A DNA stretch of 64,000 bases from Rhina ancylostomus (Eukaryota), in NCBI GenBank assembly GCA_030265395.1, contig JARFYF010000046.1, forward strand, positions 22,641,710-22,705,709, given 5' to 3'. Position numbers and translations under genes: made by a program. Below, piece after piece: positions 40,201 to 55,200 of this stretch. Each line of letters starts with the position of its first letter. The stretch's first letter is position 1. The notes beneath the pieces were generated by a model. That model was not told the origin of the DNA. It did no database searches and worked only from the letters and a program-made list of their open reading frames with translations.

Positions 40201-43200
40201 TTTGCTTCATCATTTTAGAATAACATGTTCAATAAATTAACTCCTCTTGCTTTATTTAAATATTATTTTGCTACTAAATAGAAGTTAAAATGAGAAAAAA
40301 ATCTGATTATTTAAGACAGCATTTAATTCTTATGCTTCACTTTTTAACCTTTGTTACAATAGAGAACTTGGTATTTATGAATTGACAATGTCCAGAAGAA
40401 CCAAACTGTCATGATAGTAAATTTAAAATTGCTTTGTCATTTACCAAATGGCTTGTTGAGTAAATGTACTGTGTGCTACTGAGCTGTTGCAGACCAGGAA
40501 GAGCACAAGTTCGATCCCTGGTCACTGCTGAAATAGCTGATGTGTACCAAGGAGGCATTGAGCGATATGTTTGTTCTAGATTTGGGGTGGAAAGATGGGG
40601 GTGGGGGGGTTGCTGGGAATCATCGTTTGGTATCCCTGCTGAACTTAGCAAAATTCCTCTTCTTTAGAGAGATGCAAGGAAAAAATGTCATAGAAATTGT
40701 AAGGTTGCATCAGATTTTAGACAAATTTCCAAGTCTTTATTTTCTCTTCTGAATGAGTACACTTAGAATAGTTATTTCTATTTCAAAGAATTGAACTGTC
40801 AGTATATAAACTCACACCTGGATCAAAATAGAATATAGAATAATTGTTCCTCATTTTTTAAAAAATGCATCTACTTGCAGAAAAATTCTACTTATTGTAA
40901 CTTTTTCTATACCTCATCTCTATCTTTTCCTTCCATTCTTGTTTCTTCCTTTTTAGATTCACTTTCTACTACATATTCTATTTCTTCTTTAGATCTCTAC
41001 TCCTTTCGTATGTTTCTCACCATCAGTCAAATTTTCATGAGTTTCTTTATGATTAACTTTCATTTTGTATGTTCCAGGATGTTTTGAGTTAGAGGCACAG
41101 TGTAATCTGTAACAATATGCAGAAGCCAAGGAGACTTAGTTCAAGAAAGATTTTGATCTGAGTTCTTATGACTACTTTCATATTAGACAGCAATTGTANN
41201 NNNNNNNNNNNNNNNNNNNNNNNNNNNNNNNNNNNNNNNNNNNNNNNNNNNNNNNNNNNNNNNNNNNNNNNNNNNNNNNNNNNNNNNNNNNNNNNNNNAA
41301 TAGTGGTTGAAATTCCTTTAAATTTGAGTGCTGCCATTTGTCTGCTGAAAACTCCTAGAAGCAGCAGCATTCTACTGTACATGCAACTTGAAGAATATTG
41401 TACAAGGAGCAAAGGCAAAAAGTACAGACACTGTGAGTATACAGTTTCTAAAGTAACACATGCTGAGAGAGGGAGTGTCACTGGAATATTAAGGAACAGA
41501 GTCAGGCAAAATAATGATTATAAAAATTGAACATGTATGGAATGACATTTGAAAAACAGTTATAATAATCTTCAAGCTGTTGTGTCTGAAGTGCCACATG
41601 TTTAACATGAATCTTTGAGCTGCTAGTTTGTTGCCTTGAAGGGATTAAAGAGTAATTAGTAAAGTTAGAGGCTGACCATAGGATTGTAATGCACACTAAT
41701 ACAAGATTTTAAGTATTACATTTATAATACACCTAATCTTCTATAACATAGATGTACAGACAAAAATCTGATTCATTCTACAGTATGTTGTGAATTTTAA
41801 GTTGTAATACACATTTTGTTTCCTCTTTACTAAATAACAGAAGGAGAATTACTGTATGCACATGTCACTAAGGAATGAGTAACAAATTTGTGACAGTGAA
41901 ATGGCAAGGAAACTGAATAAATATTTTACTGCAGTTTTCTTTGGCAAGACTAAGTGAACATCGCATTCGTCTAAGTCATCTAGGTGTATTGTAACCACAG
42001 TTAACTAATTTATGGAGAACGTAGCAGAGAATGCATTTACAAAAATACAGAAAGCTGGAGGATTCATGGATCTTGAATGCAATTCTGATTTGTATAAAGG
42101 GAAATTCAGCTAATTCATGTAAAGTTAGACTGATGGTGGTGGTGGTGGTGGGCAAGAACATTTCCTAAAATCTTATTATCTAAATGGGAGAAGAGATGCT
42201 TTATAAAAAGAACTTTGTTTAATGAATCTTAAATTAATTTAAATTAGAAGAGAGAAGGGCATTTCAGTGAGCATAATATATATTGACATTCAGAAGAGTT
42301 TTGGTAAGATACCAACTGAGAACTCAAAAGTCAGATCATATTTAATTGGAACTAGGTAACCGAATGATAATTTGTTTATTATTGTCACATGTACCAAGAT
42401 ACAGTGAAAAGCTTTTGTTTGCGTGACATCTAGACAGATCATTCCATTGCATTACATGGAAAGATGACTGCGTTTGAGTATTAGCAGTAAGTGGGAAATT
42501 AAGCCCTGTGGGATCCCTGCAGGCCCAATGCTTTTAACAGGGTAAATTGTAGAATTAGAAGCATGGTGTTTAAGTTAATGGATTATTCCAAACTGATGGG
42601 AGTAGAGAGATAATGATTTTGATACTAAAATATAAGAATAACTAAAATTAAGATATAAGCATATTGTACGATGGGCATATAAATGGCAAATAAAATTTGT
42701 AATGGTAAAGAGTTGGATATTTCATCTTGAGAGGAAACATGACCAATTGCCTATTCCTTAGAATACAGGAAATCAAATAGGGTTGAGGAGAAATTTGGGG
42801 ATTATACACTGACATCCTTAACTTTTGCTGCTACTTTTAGAGCTGTACATTGCAAAAAAAAAGTACCATTATTCATTTCTAGATCAAAAGAAAACAAGAA
42901 AAAACATGAATTGATATCATAGTTGTAGAGAACATTGAGAACAAATGCTGTGTGAATTTCTGGTCTTCACGCTTTTGGAGGGATATTTAAGCCCAAGAGA
43001 GTCTAGAATACATTTACAAGGATCTCTCCAGAATCATGAGTATATCTACCAGGAAAGATTTGAAGGGATTATGAGGGGATCCAATACTGTGGGGATAGAG
43101 AGTGGATGAGATTTTGTTCTCCATTCATGAGATGTGGGCATTACTGAGTAGGGCAGTATTTTTTTTAAAAAGTCCATCTTTAATTCCCCTTGAGAAAGTA

Positions 43201-46200
43201 ATCCCCAATTTGAATTGCACTAGTTCCTGTGCTGTAGGTGCATCAAAACTTTTTTTTTCAATGGCACTTGCCAAATTCCTTAGCTCCACCTCCTTGTCTT
43301 TCTAAGGGGTGGAGGCTAAGGATTTGGTAGGTGCTATTGGAGTCCTGGTGAGTTGCAATTCTGCAATCCCCTGACCTACAAAAGGAAGTAGCAGCATTGG
43401 TAGCAGTCCAAAATAATTTCACTAGGTTAATTCTTAGGATGAGAGGATTAACCTGTCAAGAGTCTAAACAGGTGGGTCTGTACTCTGTGGAGTTTAGAAG
43501 AATGACGAACGATTTTGTTGAGATGTACAAGATCCTAAGGGGCATGACAGGGTAGACATTGAGATGTTTTCACTCATGGGGGAGTCTCAAACAAGGATGC
43601 ATAACCTCCAGGTATTGATCTTTTACACTTGAGGTACATAGAAATTTTATTTTCAGAGGGTAGCAAACCTCTAGAATTCTATAACCCAGATGGTTGTGGA
43701 GGCTATTAAAAGTATTTAATGTGGAGGTAAACAAATTTGTGAAAGATCAGGGAATTGAGGGTTATTGGGAACTGGCACAGAAGAGGAGTAGAGGTCAGAG
43801 TAGATTTGCCATGAATGGTTGGGCTGTCTTGGAAGGGCCAGGTGGCCAACTCTTTCTCCTACTTTCCTGCATGTTCTTGTGTTCAGTCTATTGGTTTTAT
43901 GTACTGCACTTGTAGTGCACCAGAGGAGGGAATGAAAATTTAGAGTGGTAGATGGGGTACCATACAAGGAGGTTGCTTTATACTGTATGATAACAAGCTG
44001 CCTGACAGTTGTTGGGATTGCACTTGTTCAGACAAATGGAGGGTATTCCACTTGACTGGAAATACTCTGGGAGTTAAGAGCTGCATCTGCCACTGCAGAA
44101 TATCTCGTCCGTGACCTAACTCTGTAATAGTTTTATAGTCCAGTTAATTTTCTGGTCATGAGTGACTTCTTCCAAGATATCAGCAGAAGATATGCTGATG
44201 ACAATGTACTGATTGTCAAGCGGAGTTGTTAGACTTTTGTTGGTGATGGTCATTGCCTGGCATTTAAGTAACTTGTTGCAGGAACCCCTGCCTTAATGTT
44301 ACCTTGGTCATTATTTGTAAGATGCTCTACAATAATTGGGCATGATTATTAGATCATTTAAAAAAAAACAAATGAAGGAAGCGATATATCGGAGTGACAA
44401 GGGAATAGAGGTATAATGCAAAATGGTAAGAGGAGGTAGGAGAGCGATTGCATTGAACATGAACTGGTGTAGAGTCATAGGGTTGATTTGCTTCTATGCA
44501 TGATGAAGTGGCATAGTGGACCATTGCTTCAGTCAGGAAGAATGTAGTTAATGACTAATTTATGCTCTGAGCAAGGCAAAATTAGATGGAGAAATTCAAA
44601 AGGGGAATTTTAGGAATGATGAGCACTGTCTTGTGTGGAAATCAAACAAAATCTTTGAAGAGGAAATGAATGTTCAGTTTGGAATATGGGCCAAATGCAA
44701 ATGGGACAAACACTGGGCACCATGGTTGGTGTGGATGTGTTGGGGTGAGAGTCCTGTTTCCATTCTGTATTGCTCTTTCTCTCTATAGTATGGTAGTCAA
44801 AAACAGGGTTATTTTGCTGGGGGTAATGCTTCTAAAAATGTTTAAGTTAACACAATGTTCAGCAGTTCATGAAAAAAATTGTAAAGCCCCTTAGACTCTT
44901 TTTCCAACAAATTAACTTCCATTTGTGTGAACACATCTATGTTAGATCTATACTGTTATACATTAGAAAGAACTCAAGTATCTTGATCCCAGTCTCAGTT
45001 AAGCTCTCATTCTCTTATGCTGGCACCTACTCCAGCATTCCCTCATGATATCTGCAAAGCAATTGTAGAATTTCACAAAATATAAAAAGTTAAATATTTT
45101 TCCACTTTCTCAACTTCAAATCAGACTTGTACAGCTGATATTATTTTTGGGCCTTGATCATCCAATTATAGATTAAGCCATCAGCCCCTCATCAGCAGGC
45201 TATGCAAATCATAGTGGAAAGCTGCAATTGCATCGCATGCACTCCATTCTTCAAGGTGATAATCTGCCTCCATGCCACTCCCAGAGCCTGTTCAGGATTT
45301 TGAAACTACTTGCACAGATATTTGATGTATAGTGTTTTGTTGCTGCTTTTTTTAAAAGTTTTTTTAGTAAAAGCAGATCAGCATTTTTCTTCAATTATGT
45401 TAAGTAGTAAATTTGTGTATGTTTTCATAATTTTAATCATTTTATTTTCATAGATGTTGGAATAAACTTTCATGATTAAACTGTATTTTGAAACTACTTG
45501 GAGTTTTTTTTTAAAAAAGGAAAATGACACTCTAGATATTAAGAAATACCTAATTTAGTGACGGCATAGATTTTTTTAAACTATTTGAAATTAAGGAGCA
45601 AGGAATTTCTTGAGTTCAATTTATAAGTTGTTCCTTGTATGGTGTTCTCAATTCTCAAAACATCTGGGGAGACAATAACATGAATTATTTTAATATTGCA
45701 GGGTGCTATTGTGCTTGTGTTATGGTATGGTGCAAAGCTAGTGTACGATGGAAGACATGGAAAATCTGGAATTTCTTTTGGGACTTTAGCATGTAAGTGA
45801 TAGAAACTGCACTCTTTGCAAAGAATTTATGCATGTAGATGATTATCTGAAATAGTTATATCTGTACATAATTGGTTCCAAAATAATTTAATCAACACAT
45901 TTCTGCCCCTCTGCAATCTGCAATAGAATTTCAGGTCAACTTTTTGAAATTCTGCTGTAATCTGCTGAAGGATCAAGGTGTAGATTTATTTGTTAGGGTT
46001 ATTATGAAAGAACATAAGAAATAGAAGCAAAAGTAGGCTATTTAGCCCTTTGTCTGCTCCACCATTCAATAAGATGATGGGTGATCTTTTTACTTCTCCA
46101 CTACTTGCCTGAACAAACTTGGTATTACTATTGAAGCTGATATCTAAGGAAAAATTCACTCCCTAAATCATATTCATAGTCACAGAATAGCTTGGCATAA

Positions 46201-49200
46201 ATGGTGATTTTTTTTTAATGTGACTAGTAATTGGTGAGTGATGTATTATAAATTGTTGTGGGTTGCACGTACAGTTACTCATTATTGTCATCCCTTCTAT
46301 CCATCAAACCTTTCCTAATTTAAACTCTTCCATTGGATTGCATCTCATTGTGCTATTAATGCTAATCATCTGTGTGAAATAAATTAACTTTATTTCAAAT
46401 GCGCTTTTATTGTTGTACCTAGAGTTGCTGCATCATGTTGTAATTTGGTCGTGGAAAATGAATGCTGATAATAAAGACTCCACTGTAATGATATAAACAA
46501 AGCTGTACCACAATGCATTCCTTCAGTTTCCATAATTGACAAGCATTCAAAATTACTTGATCCCTCTTGGGTTTGCCTGCAGAGAATAAGAAAAAAAGCT
46601 ATCTGCAGTCTTCAGATGAATTTGATTAGAGGCCATGTACAATGGTGCACTGCTGTGATTCATTTCTGACTTTCAAAATGCATATTCCATCCTGACTTTT
46701 TAAACATTACATTATCAATTTCATTGTCCATGATTTTAATGGAAACTGATGATATAAACTTGTAAAACACAAATTATTCCCCCTTCCCCACCCTGCATCT
46801 TTCTCATGAAACACTCCTCCCCATCCCACTACACCATGAATGCCTCTTAAGTGGAGGCACTGCAGAGCTCCTAAACTGAAGGACATGTGATGATGACTGT
46901 AAATGCTTTGTCTTAAGCATGTTGTTATATTGACAAATGACAGGAGCTCTTTGGTTTGCAATAAATTCTCTTAAGTTGAGATTTTCTCGATTTAATGGTT
47001 CATATCTATTAAATATATACTTATTTTAATGAGTAAATGTTCTCGTTGCTTATTAGCTTTTGAGTTAACACTTATTGTGGGGAAAAATGGCCATAGTTTG
47101 GACTTGTTGTTTTCAGGTTCTGATTTGTCCTTCAATATAATTTTGTGGCTATCACTTTTATGATGATCCATCATGATTAATTTGTAGCTAAGGTAGAAAT
47201 GATTTAGATTAGGAATATAATTAACTGAAATTGGCAGTAACAGGCATATAAATTAAGAATTTCTGTTGCTATATAGGTCTGATTTTTAAAAACTTCCCTT
47301 TAGTTGAATTAACCTAATGTATAGTCATGAAATATCTGTTTATGCTGCATAAACAATTAGAAGTGGGAAGTTGAACACTTTGATTAATATGCGTATATTC
47401 TTGTTTTACCAAGTAAACTTGTTTCTACATTTAGTCATCGGTCTGAAATTTAAATTGTTAATCCTTGGTGTGTGATTATTACAGAATTAATTGCTTTCTT
47501 CACAATCTTTTGTAGTATTGAAAATCATTGAAACTAAATACTTTTTCTGTATTATAGTATTAGTTAAGGCTTTGACTAACGAATATGATTTAGGCTGAGT
47601 GATCTGAATTCAACTTAACCTTGAATCAGACAGATCTTCTTCCAGCTATAAATGTACTGTTTTTAAGATGTTGTTAAATTTCTTATGCACTAATTGTGTT
47701 CAAATATTTTGACGTCTTTGTGGAAAAATAATTGCATGTTTGTTTTTTTTTTAAAACCACTTTGATGATGGCAGTATTCCAGGTCCTGTGTTAGAGTTCA
47801 GCAGAGCTTTGTATTGTGTGGAACAATTCTATTTTTTTCATATTTTTGCCTTCCTGATATTGGTCTATTTGCCAAGGAATCAAATAACTACTAAAGTGAA
47901 TAACAAAGTTCTGTCACAGCAAAACCTGCCTTAACTAAGATCCATGATTTAACAAACAACGTGTACTGCTGTTGAAATATGGAATCAGGACATTTGGCCC
48001 AGCCATTTGCAGTTGACTTTTATCTGAATTGTAGATGAAAAGGTCATCAATGAAATAGCTGAAGATAGATCAGACCTGAAGGACCCTTGCCTGACATCAT
48101 TAACCTCTGACAATGATAACCATTCCTTTTGGGTATAATTTCAACCTGTGGAGATTCTCATTGGCTTCACTTTCATCAATCCTTGATGCCAAACGTAATC
48201 AAATGTTGCCTTGATGATGTATCCATTGTCTCTCACTTTACTTCTGCTATTTAACTCCTTGGTGCATGCTTGGATCAAGATTTTGAGATCTTGAACCTAG
48301 TTGTTCTGTCACAACTCAAACTGAATATTAGTGAGTAAATTATTGGTGAGAAGTGCTCCTTTTGGTAGTACAGTCATTGATACCCTCCATTGCTTTGGTA
48401 AATGTCAATGTATTGATGAAGCATTGCTTAGCTGGATTGTGTTTGTCATGCATTTTGTAAATAGGGCATACCTTGGCAACATTTCATTACAACATAGCGA
48501 CAGAGAGGAAAAAAATAATCGCCATGCAAACTCTTTCTTTCCTGGTGTTCAGATATTCCTGCAGTCTTCATGTTTGATTCGATGATGTATATAAACTTGA
48601 AATTGCTTTTTGAAGGTATAAACAATGTGGAAGCTAATTGTAACAACTATCAGAAATGTTTATTTTCTCTCGCATATTTTGCCATCCAGCAAAATTACCA
48701 TTTGGAGAATCAGTGCATAAGAAAGTTAATAACATCTTAAAAACAGTACATTGAACATTTTTTCTATTAGTCTAATGCAGTTTGTTGACATAACTATAGA
48801 CATTGCTTCTGAAGCATTTGAACCCCTGTTATGCAAATGTTTTTAATTATTAGTCTAATGTTCAGACCACCTATTGACACACAAATTGCATAAAAAACCA
48901 ACCCAGCATCTTTATGGTAAAGTATCCCTTTTAATGTGATTTTTTTTTTCCCCCGTTTTTAAAATGCAATTCCTTTGAAGTGGGTGGAGAAGTTGAGTGC
49001 AGTATAACCTGGAATGCTGCCATTATAAGAAATGCTGAGGCTCAATGGATCAAGATTCCCAACTTGCATTGCTGATCTGAATTTTGATTACCACTCAACT
49101 GCCTCAATCCTGTCGTATCAGTCCTCTGTCCCTTGCTTGTGTTAGTAAGATTATCTAACATTGGAACAATTGATCCATGAGCAGATCTGGATTCCATTAT

Positions 49201-52200
49201 AACCTGCCTGGCATTAGAGCTGCTATGGAATTAAGAGCACCAATCAAATATGCTCCTTGCCTAAACCATAGGGAAGCATTAAATACTGCGAAGACTTGCT
49301 CAGGGTAGCCTGCAGGCAATCTTGTTTCAGTGGTTACCAAATCCATAATCTATGCAAATATGTGTTCAAAATGATCCTGTGTTCCTGTATTGAATGAAGT
49401 GTTCAATTCCATTATGGTCACTAGCACACAAGTTCATCTAAACAGGCAGGGTAGGTTTAGATGTATGGTGTGGCAGTTCCACTGCAAAAGTTAAATTTGA
49501 AAAAATTGGCCTACAATTTACTATCAATGGTGGAACAGTAGAAGTGAATGAAAAAGTAGGTGGCAGCAGCTGACTCCTGCTTGCAGCCCCCCCCCCCCAG
49601 TCAGTAAAAATTCCACTGATGGAACTTGCAGAGAGCAGGCACTGTCAAGAGCTTCAGCTTCCACTGTAATCATTTATCTTGCATATGTTTTTTGGGTTTT
49701 GCTTAAATTCAGAAAATGACAGCAACGTTACTGCTTGCTGAGGATGTTTTGCAGGATTTCTTGGTGTTGACAGACATGAAACAGATTTGGGAAAACCTTT
49801 ATTTATTTTTTGGTACTTTTCCAGTTTTAATTGGAGAAGCTTTTATTCCAAATTCAGCGTATTTGTTTGAAGACTTATAACGTACTGTTTAGTAATGACT
49901 TCATTTCCTTTTCCCTGATGTTGAATTATGAGCTCCAATTCTTACCTTTTTCAAAATAATGAAATATTTCTGTCAGTGTGTAATGCCTAATAGTATCCCA
50001 CAAATTAAGTAAGATGTTTAATATGATAGTGAACTAAAAGAAATAAAGGGTAATTTTGTATTCAACAGATCACTTCCTTAATTATCCTCTCTTAATTTTA
50101 CATAGTTTATGACTCTTCTGTTTTTGAATTAGCTTTCATGGTCTATTCGATGAATGTTGCTATGGCATTTGGAATGTTGGCATCTCTTTATGGTGACTTC
50201 ATGCAAGCTGTTGGAGCCTCTATTCGTATCTTTGAGCTGCTGGACCGCAAGCCAAAAATCCCCTGTGCGGGTGGAAATCGCCTAGATTCTCTGGAAGGCA
50301 GTAAGTGGATTTTTAATTCTCTAATGAAGTTGGCTAAGCTGCTCTTTCATTATTTTGATAAGGAATTTTTTCATCTACAGATTAATCGATGTTTTAGACC
50401 AATTAAAGTAAAATAATCTGAGCAAAGCAGAAGTTAACCATAGATTGAAATTGTTCCTGTACCTTACCATCCTGCTCCATTGTCCAACTTCAAAATACAA
50501 TAACCAGAATTAGAAATAAAAATGAATTTATAGCTAGCAGTCTTTTAAAATAATCCAATTTTACAGTACCATTTGCAGGACAAATTTAATTTGACTTGCC
50601 TGCTCACTGTAAATTAATGCCCCTGCTCATCCTGTGTCTCTTTTTTGAATGAAAGAAGAAATATTTTGTTACATTTGAAAATTATGTTTATATAGACTAA
50701 GTTTACTGGATTTCGCAATTCCAATACCAAAAAATGATCTGTGGTGGAATGTTGAAAATGTGAATTCATGCAAAATGTCCACAATTAATTTTTAAAAATT
50801 GACTTTTTTTTAAAAAAAAGGACTAGAGTTCCAGAAGGTCAGTTTCACATATCCCACCAGACAAGCTTCCCAGGTTTTAAAGGTCAGTATTTTCTTTACA
50901 TTAAATTATCCCACACCTTCCTACTTTATTTAATGGGGGCTATTCAGAATTGGTCATCAATCCACTTTCAGGAATCAGATGAACACTCACTTTGAAGGAG
51001 GCTGCACACTTTATTTAAACTTAGTTTAAACTGGAGTTAGTTTAGGGGAATGAGGCAGAAATGAAGAAAATATAGTAAAATGTATAGGGTCCAACAATCA
51101 TAGGTTTAGAGTAGCTGCGGGGCAGGCTATGGACCACTCCAAGGTAAAAGCACAAGTGCAATTTCAGTGGATAAGATTAGTTCGGCCAAGGTAAATTGGA
51201 ATCAAAGATTGGCAGGGTAAAACTCTAATTGAATGATGGGAGGTCTTTAACATGGAGAGAATACATTTACAATTGAGATGTGTTTCCCTGAGGGGAAAAG
51301 GATAGGGAAATTAAAGCTGATTATAAAAAGTTCAGTTTGGGAGGGGGGGTGATGAAATGGGAAGCAAGAGAGGTGAAAGCAGAATAAGAGAAAAGACTAA
51401 TATCAAACATCACAGTGAATATTGAAATATTCTATAAGCATGTAAACATTAAAAGGTTGGAAGTCAAGTTGGTACTGATCAGAGCTGATGAAACAAATCC
51501 ATTCAAGGGAGTAGAGGTATTGAATGGATGTCATCTGGTCCCAATGTGAAGCATGAAAATCACAAAATGTAGGTGCTGGAAGTCTATCAGTGGTCCAAAT
51601 AGGATGCATTCTTGGTTGCTGAGGGAAATGGCAGACACCTGGCCATAATATTCAAAATATCCATTGGTACTAGGGTGCCTGAGGATTGGAGAATTGCTAA
51701 TTTTAACCCTTGTTCAGAAAATGTTGAAGAAATTTAACCCATCAACATTGATGGAAAAAACTTTAGAAATAATGATTAAGGACATAACTGGTAGATACAT
51801 GGACAAGTATGGATTAATTAGGAAAAGATGACTAACGGGCCAGATTGACTTCCTTCTTGATGACAAGCCTACGGAATAAAAGGAAAAGTAGCTGACTGGA
51901 TAGAAAATTGTTCGGGTGACTGGAAACGGTAATAGTGCAAGGTTGTTTCTGAACTGAAGGAAAATGTACAATGACTTGGACTTGAATGTACAGAGCACAA
52001 CCGCTAGATTTGCAAATGACACAAAACTTGGAAACACAAAGAACCATGAGGAGGATAGCAATACACTTAGAGTAGATGAAGGCAGACTGATGGGTTGATG
52101 CCTGGCAGATGAATGCCAAGAAAATACAAAATGTTAAATTTTTCTCAGGAAGCATTAGCAGAAATAGTATAAACTAGAAGGTATAATTGGAAAAAGGCTA

Positions 52201-55200
52201 CAAGATTGGATAGATCTGAGGAGGTAGATGTGTGTCGTATATCTGCATTCGCCTCTCCCCTGATGATTCCCATTCTCACGTCCTTATCAACGTCCAGCAC
52301 TGGTAGCCCTTTGTGTTCCTACTTATCTCCCTCCAGCAACTTTCTCCAATCTTCACACTCCCCTATCCCCTCTTTCCCACACACCCCAAGCCCACCTTGC
52401 TGCNNNNNNNNNNNNNNNNNNNNNNNNNNNNNNNNNNNNNNNNNNNNNNNNNNNNNNNNNNNNNNNNNNNNNNNNNNNNNNNNNNNNNNNNNNNNNNNNN
52501 NNNNNNNNNNNNNNNNNNNNNNNNNNNNNNNNNNNNNNNNNNNNNNNNNNNNNNNNNNNNNNNNNNNNNNNNNNNNNNNNNNNNNNNNNNNNNNNNNNNN
52601 NNNNNNNNNNNNNNNNNNNNNNNNNNNNNNNNNNNNNNNNNNNNNNNNNNNNNNNNNNNNNNNNNNNNNNNNNNNNNNNNNNNNNNNNNNNNNNNNNNNN
52701 NNNNNNNNNNNNNNNNNNNNNNNNNNNNNNNNNNNNNNNNNNNNNNNNNNNNNNNNNNNNNNNNNNNNNNNNNNNNNNNNNNNNNNNNNNNNNNNNNNNN
52801 NNNNNNNNNNNNNNNNNNNNNNNNNNNNNNNNNNNNNNNNNNNNNNNNNNNNNNNNNNNNNNNNNNNNNNNNNNNNNNNNNNNNNNNNNNNGGGTATTAG
52901 GAAAGATTTTACCCCCACCAACCCCCCCCCGGTTTTGGGGATCAAGAATTAGAGGACATAGGTTTAAGGTGGAAGGGGAAAGATTTAATAAGAACCTGAA
53001 GGGCAATTTTTATCCCCCTGAGGGTAGTCCATATATGGAATGAGCTGCCAGGAGAAGTGGTTGAGGGAGGTTCATAAACAGCATTTAAAAGGCACTTGAA
53101 CAGGTACATGGATAGGAAAGGTTTGGAGGGATAAGGGCCAAGTGCAGGCAAATGTGACTCGCTTACAGGAATCTTGGTCAACACGGGCCAGTTGGGCTGA
53201 AGAGCCTGTTTCTGTGCTGTGTGACTCTGATTCCATGTAAAGACCTCCAAGAGATGCAAAAGAGATTTAATGGAATGATTCCATGAATGAAAGAGTTTAG
53301 CAAGGTGAAAGGACTGGAGAAGCTGGTTTACTTCTCCATGGAACAGATGAGTTTGAGTGGATCCAATAGAAGGATTTAAAATCATGAGTTTTAACAGAGA
53401 GAAACCTTTCCCATTGATGGATGTAGAGGACAAAGGTACAATGACAAAAGATGGCAAAAGAACCAAAATTAATATGGGAGAACTTTTTAACACCATCATG
53501 TGGTTAGAATTAGGAATACACTGCCATAGATAGTCATCAAGGTAGATTCATTTGTGGCCCTCAAAAAGGAACTAGTAACTACCTGATAGGAAGGAATTTG
53601 CTAGAAATGGATAGAAAGTGGGAAAGCCAGGCTAGCTGGATTGCCTTGATGTGACATCAAATGTCCTCTTTTTCTGCTGTAACATTTGTGATTTCTGTTA
53701 AATTATAACATTGGGGCCATTCTGTTTCTTTTGCATGGGNNNNNNNNNNACCTGTCAATGTTGGTTGGCACATAGTGTATACAAATGCCACATATTCAGT
53801 TTTTTTTTGCTTTCATTAGAAGCAGTAAAATCTAGATGTGTATTTTTTTTGTTTCAATTTTACTGATGACAGCAAAAACTCTGAATATATATCTGTGTTT
53901 ATTGTCTGGCACTTCCATTGGTATTAATTATATAGTGTAGGACTGGAGCCAATCTTGTGCCAATCTCTGTACTATTAAATTATTTGATTGTTTCAAAGTT
54001 CTGTTGCCAGAAAGCTCCTGTTTAACTTCCCTCGTGCAAGGTAGATGCACTGCATAAGCAAAGGAAACTAGCTCCATTTCTATTACCACACTTCTTCCCA
54101 CCCCATCCAATAACACAGCATTTACAAGTAATTTAAGAATTTTCTAGCGAAAAAACCTGTTATGAAGAGTTTTAAAATAATATCTTGTATACTATTTGTG
54201 TATATACATTTGAGCTGCATGCCGGGTTCTGTTGAATTGGAAAGTTTTACAGTGTGAACATCTGACTAATGTATACTAATTTTTTTTCTTTTGTCACTTG
54301 TATTCTTACTGTCTCTGTGATCAATGGAAACATTCACTTTGTAGGAAATGACATTTACAATTGAACCGAGTAACATGGTCGCATTGGTTGGTCCATCGGG
54401 TGGAGGAAAATCAACAATAGTCAATTTGATAGAGAGATTCTATGACCCAGACTCTGGAAGGATATTACTTGGTATGATATTTATCTGCTTTTTCTCACCA
54501 AAAGAACACATTATTATTCAATTGTATGTATGTTTTCACCATAAATGTTTAAATTAACAGACTGAATCTAATTAGAATTTTTATGTTGAAATATCTTTAA
54601 CATTTTAAGAACAAACTGAAAGAACCAAATATTTTCCATGATTAAATACTCTTGCTAAGGATCTGCTAATAATGTAGAGAATAGTCATTGCTTATTACTA
54701 ACAGCAAAGTACTGCAGAGTTAATGTTTCTCTCTGCACCAGTGCTGGCTAATTACCTGAGCACTTCCAGCACTACTTGTTTTCTAAAATGTAGTTATACC
54801 ATTCGCTGTACCATGAAGACATTCCTTTCAAATATAGAGAATACTTAACTAAACAACAAAAAAAAATCATGGTCCTGAGTGTCTGCAACAATGAAATCAA
54901 CAATAGATGCTCTAGGTTGGACCATTCTGACCATTTAAGGAAAGAGATGTTAACCTTGGAAGAAGTGGATTCAGATTTGCTTGAAATGTATATGGATTCT
55001 GAGAGCTAAATTATGAGAAGAGGGTGCAGAAATGAGGATTTTCTACCCTGGAATCAAGAAGGTTGAAGGGTGATGTGCTGGAAATTCTCAATAGCTAGGA
55101 TAGATAGTGAGAAACCATTTTGGCTGATTAGTAAGTCCAGGAGTCATGCAGAGGGTAATAGAAATCTCAAATTCTATTCTGTGAATGCCAATAGATGTTA

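Noticed and set aside
40448-40530. Possible tRNA gene (GTTCGATCC)
   Set aside because: No acceptor or anticodon stems and no poly-T terminator; better explained as a SINE head.
52206-53499. Longest ORFs in the track (185-248 aa)
   Set aside because: They run through the N gap at 52404-52891 or are antisense to CR1 remnants.
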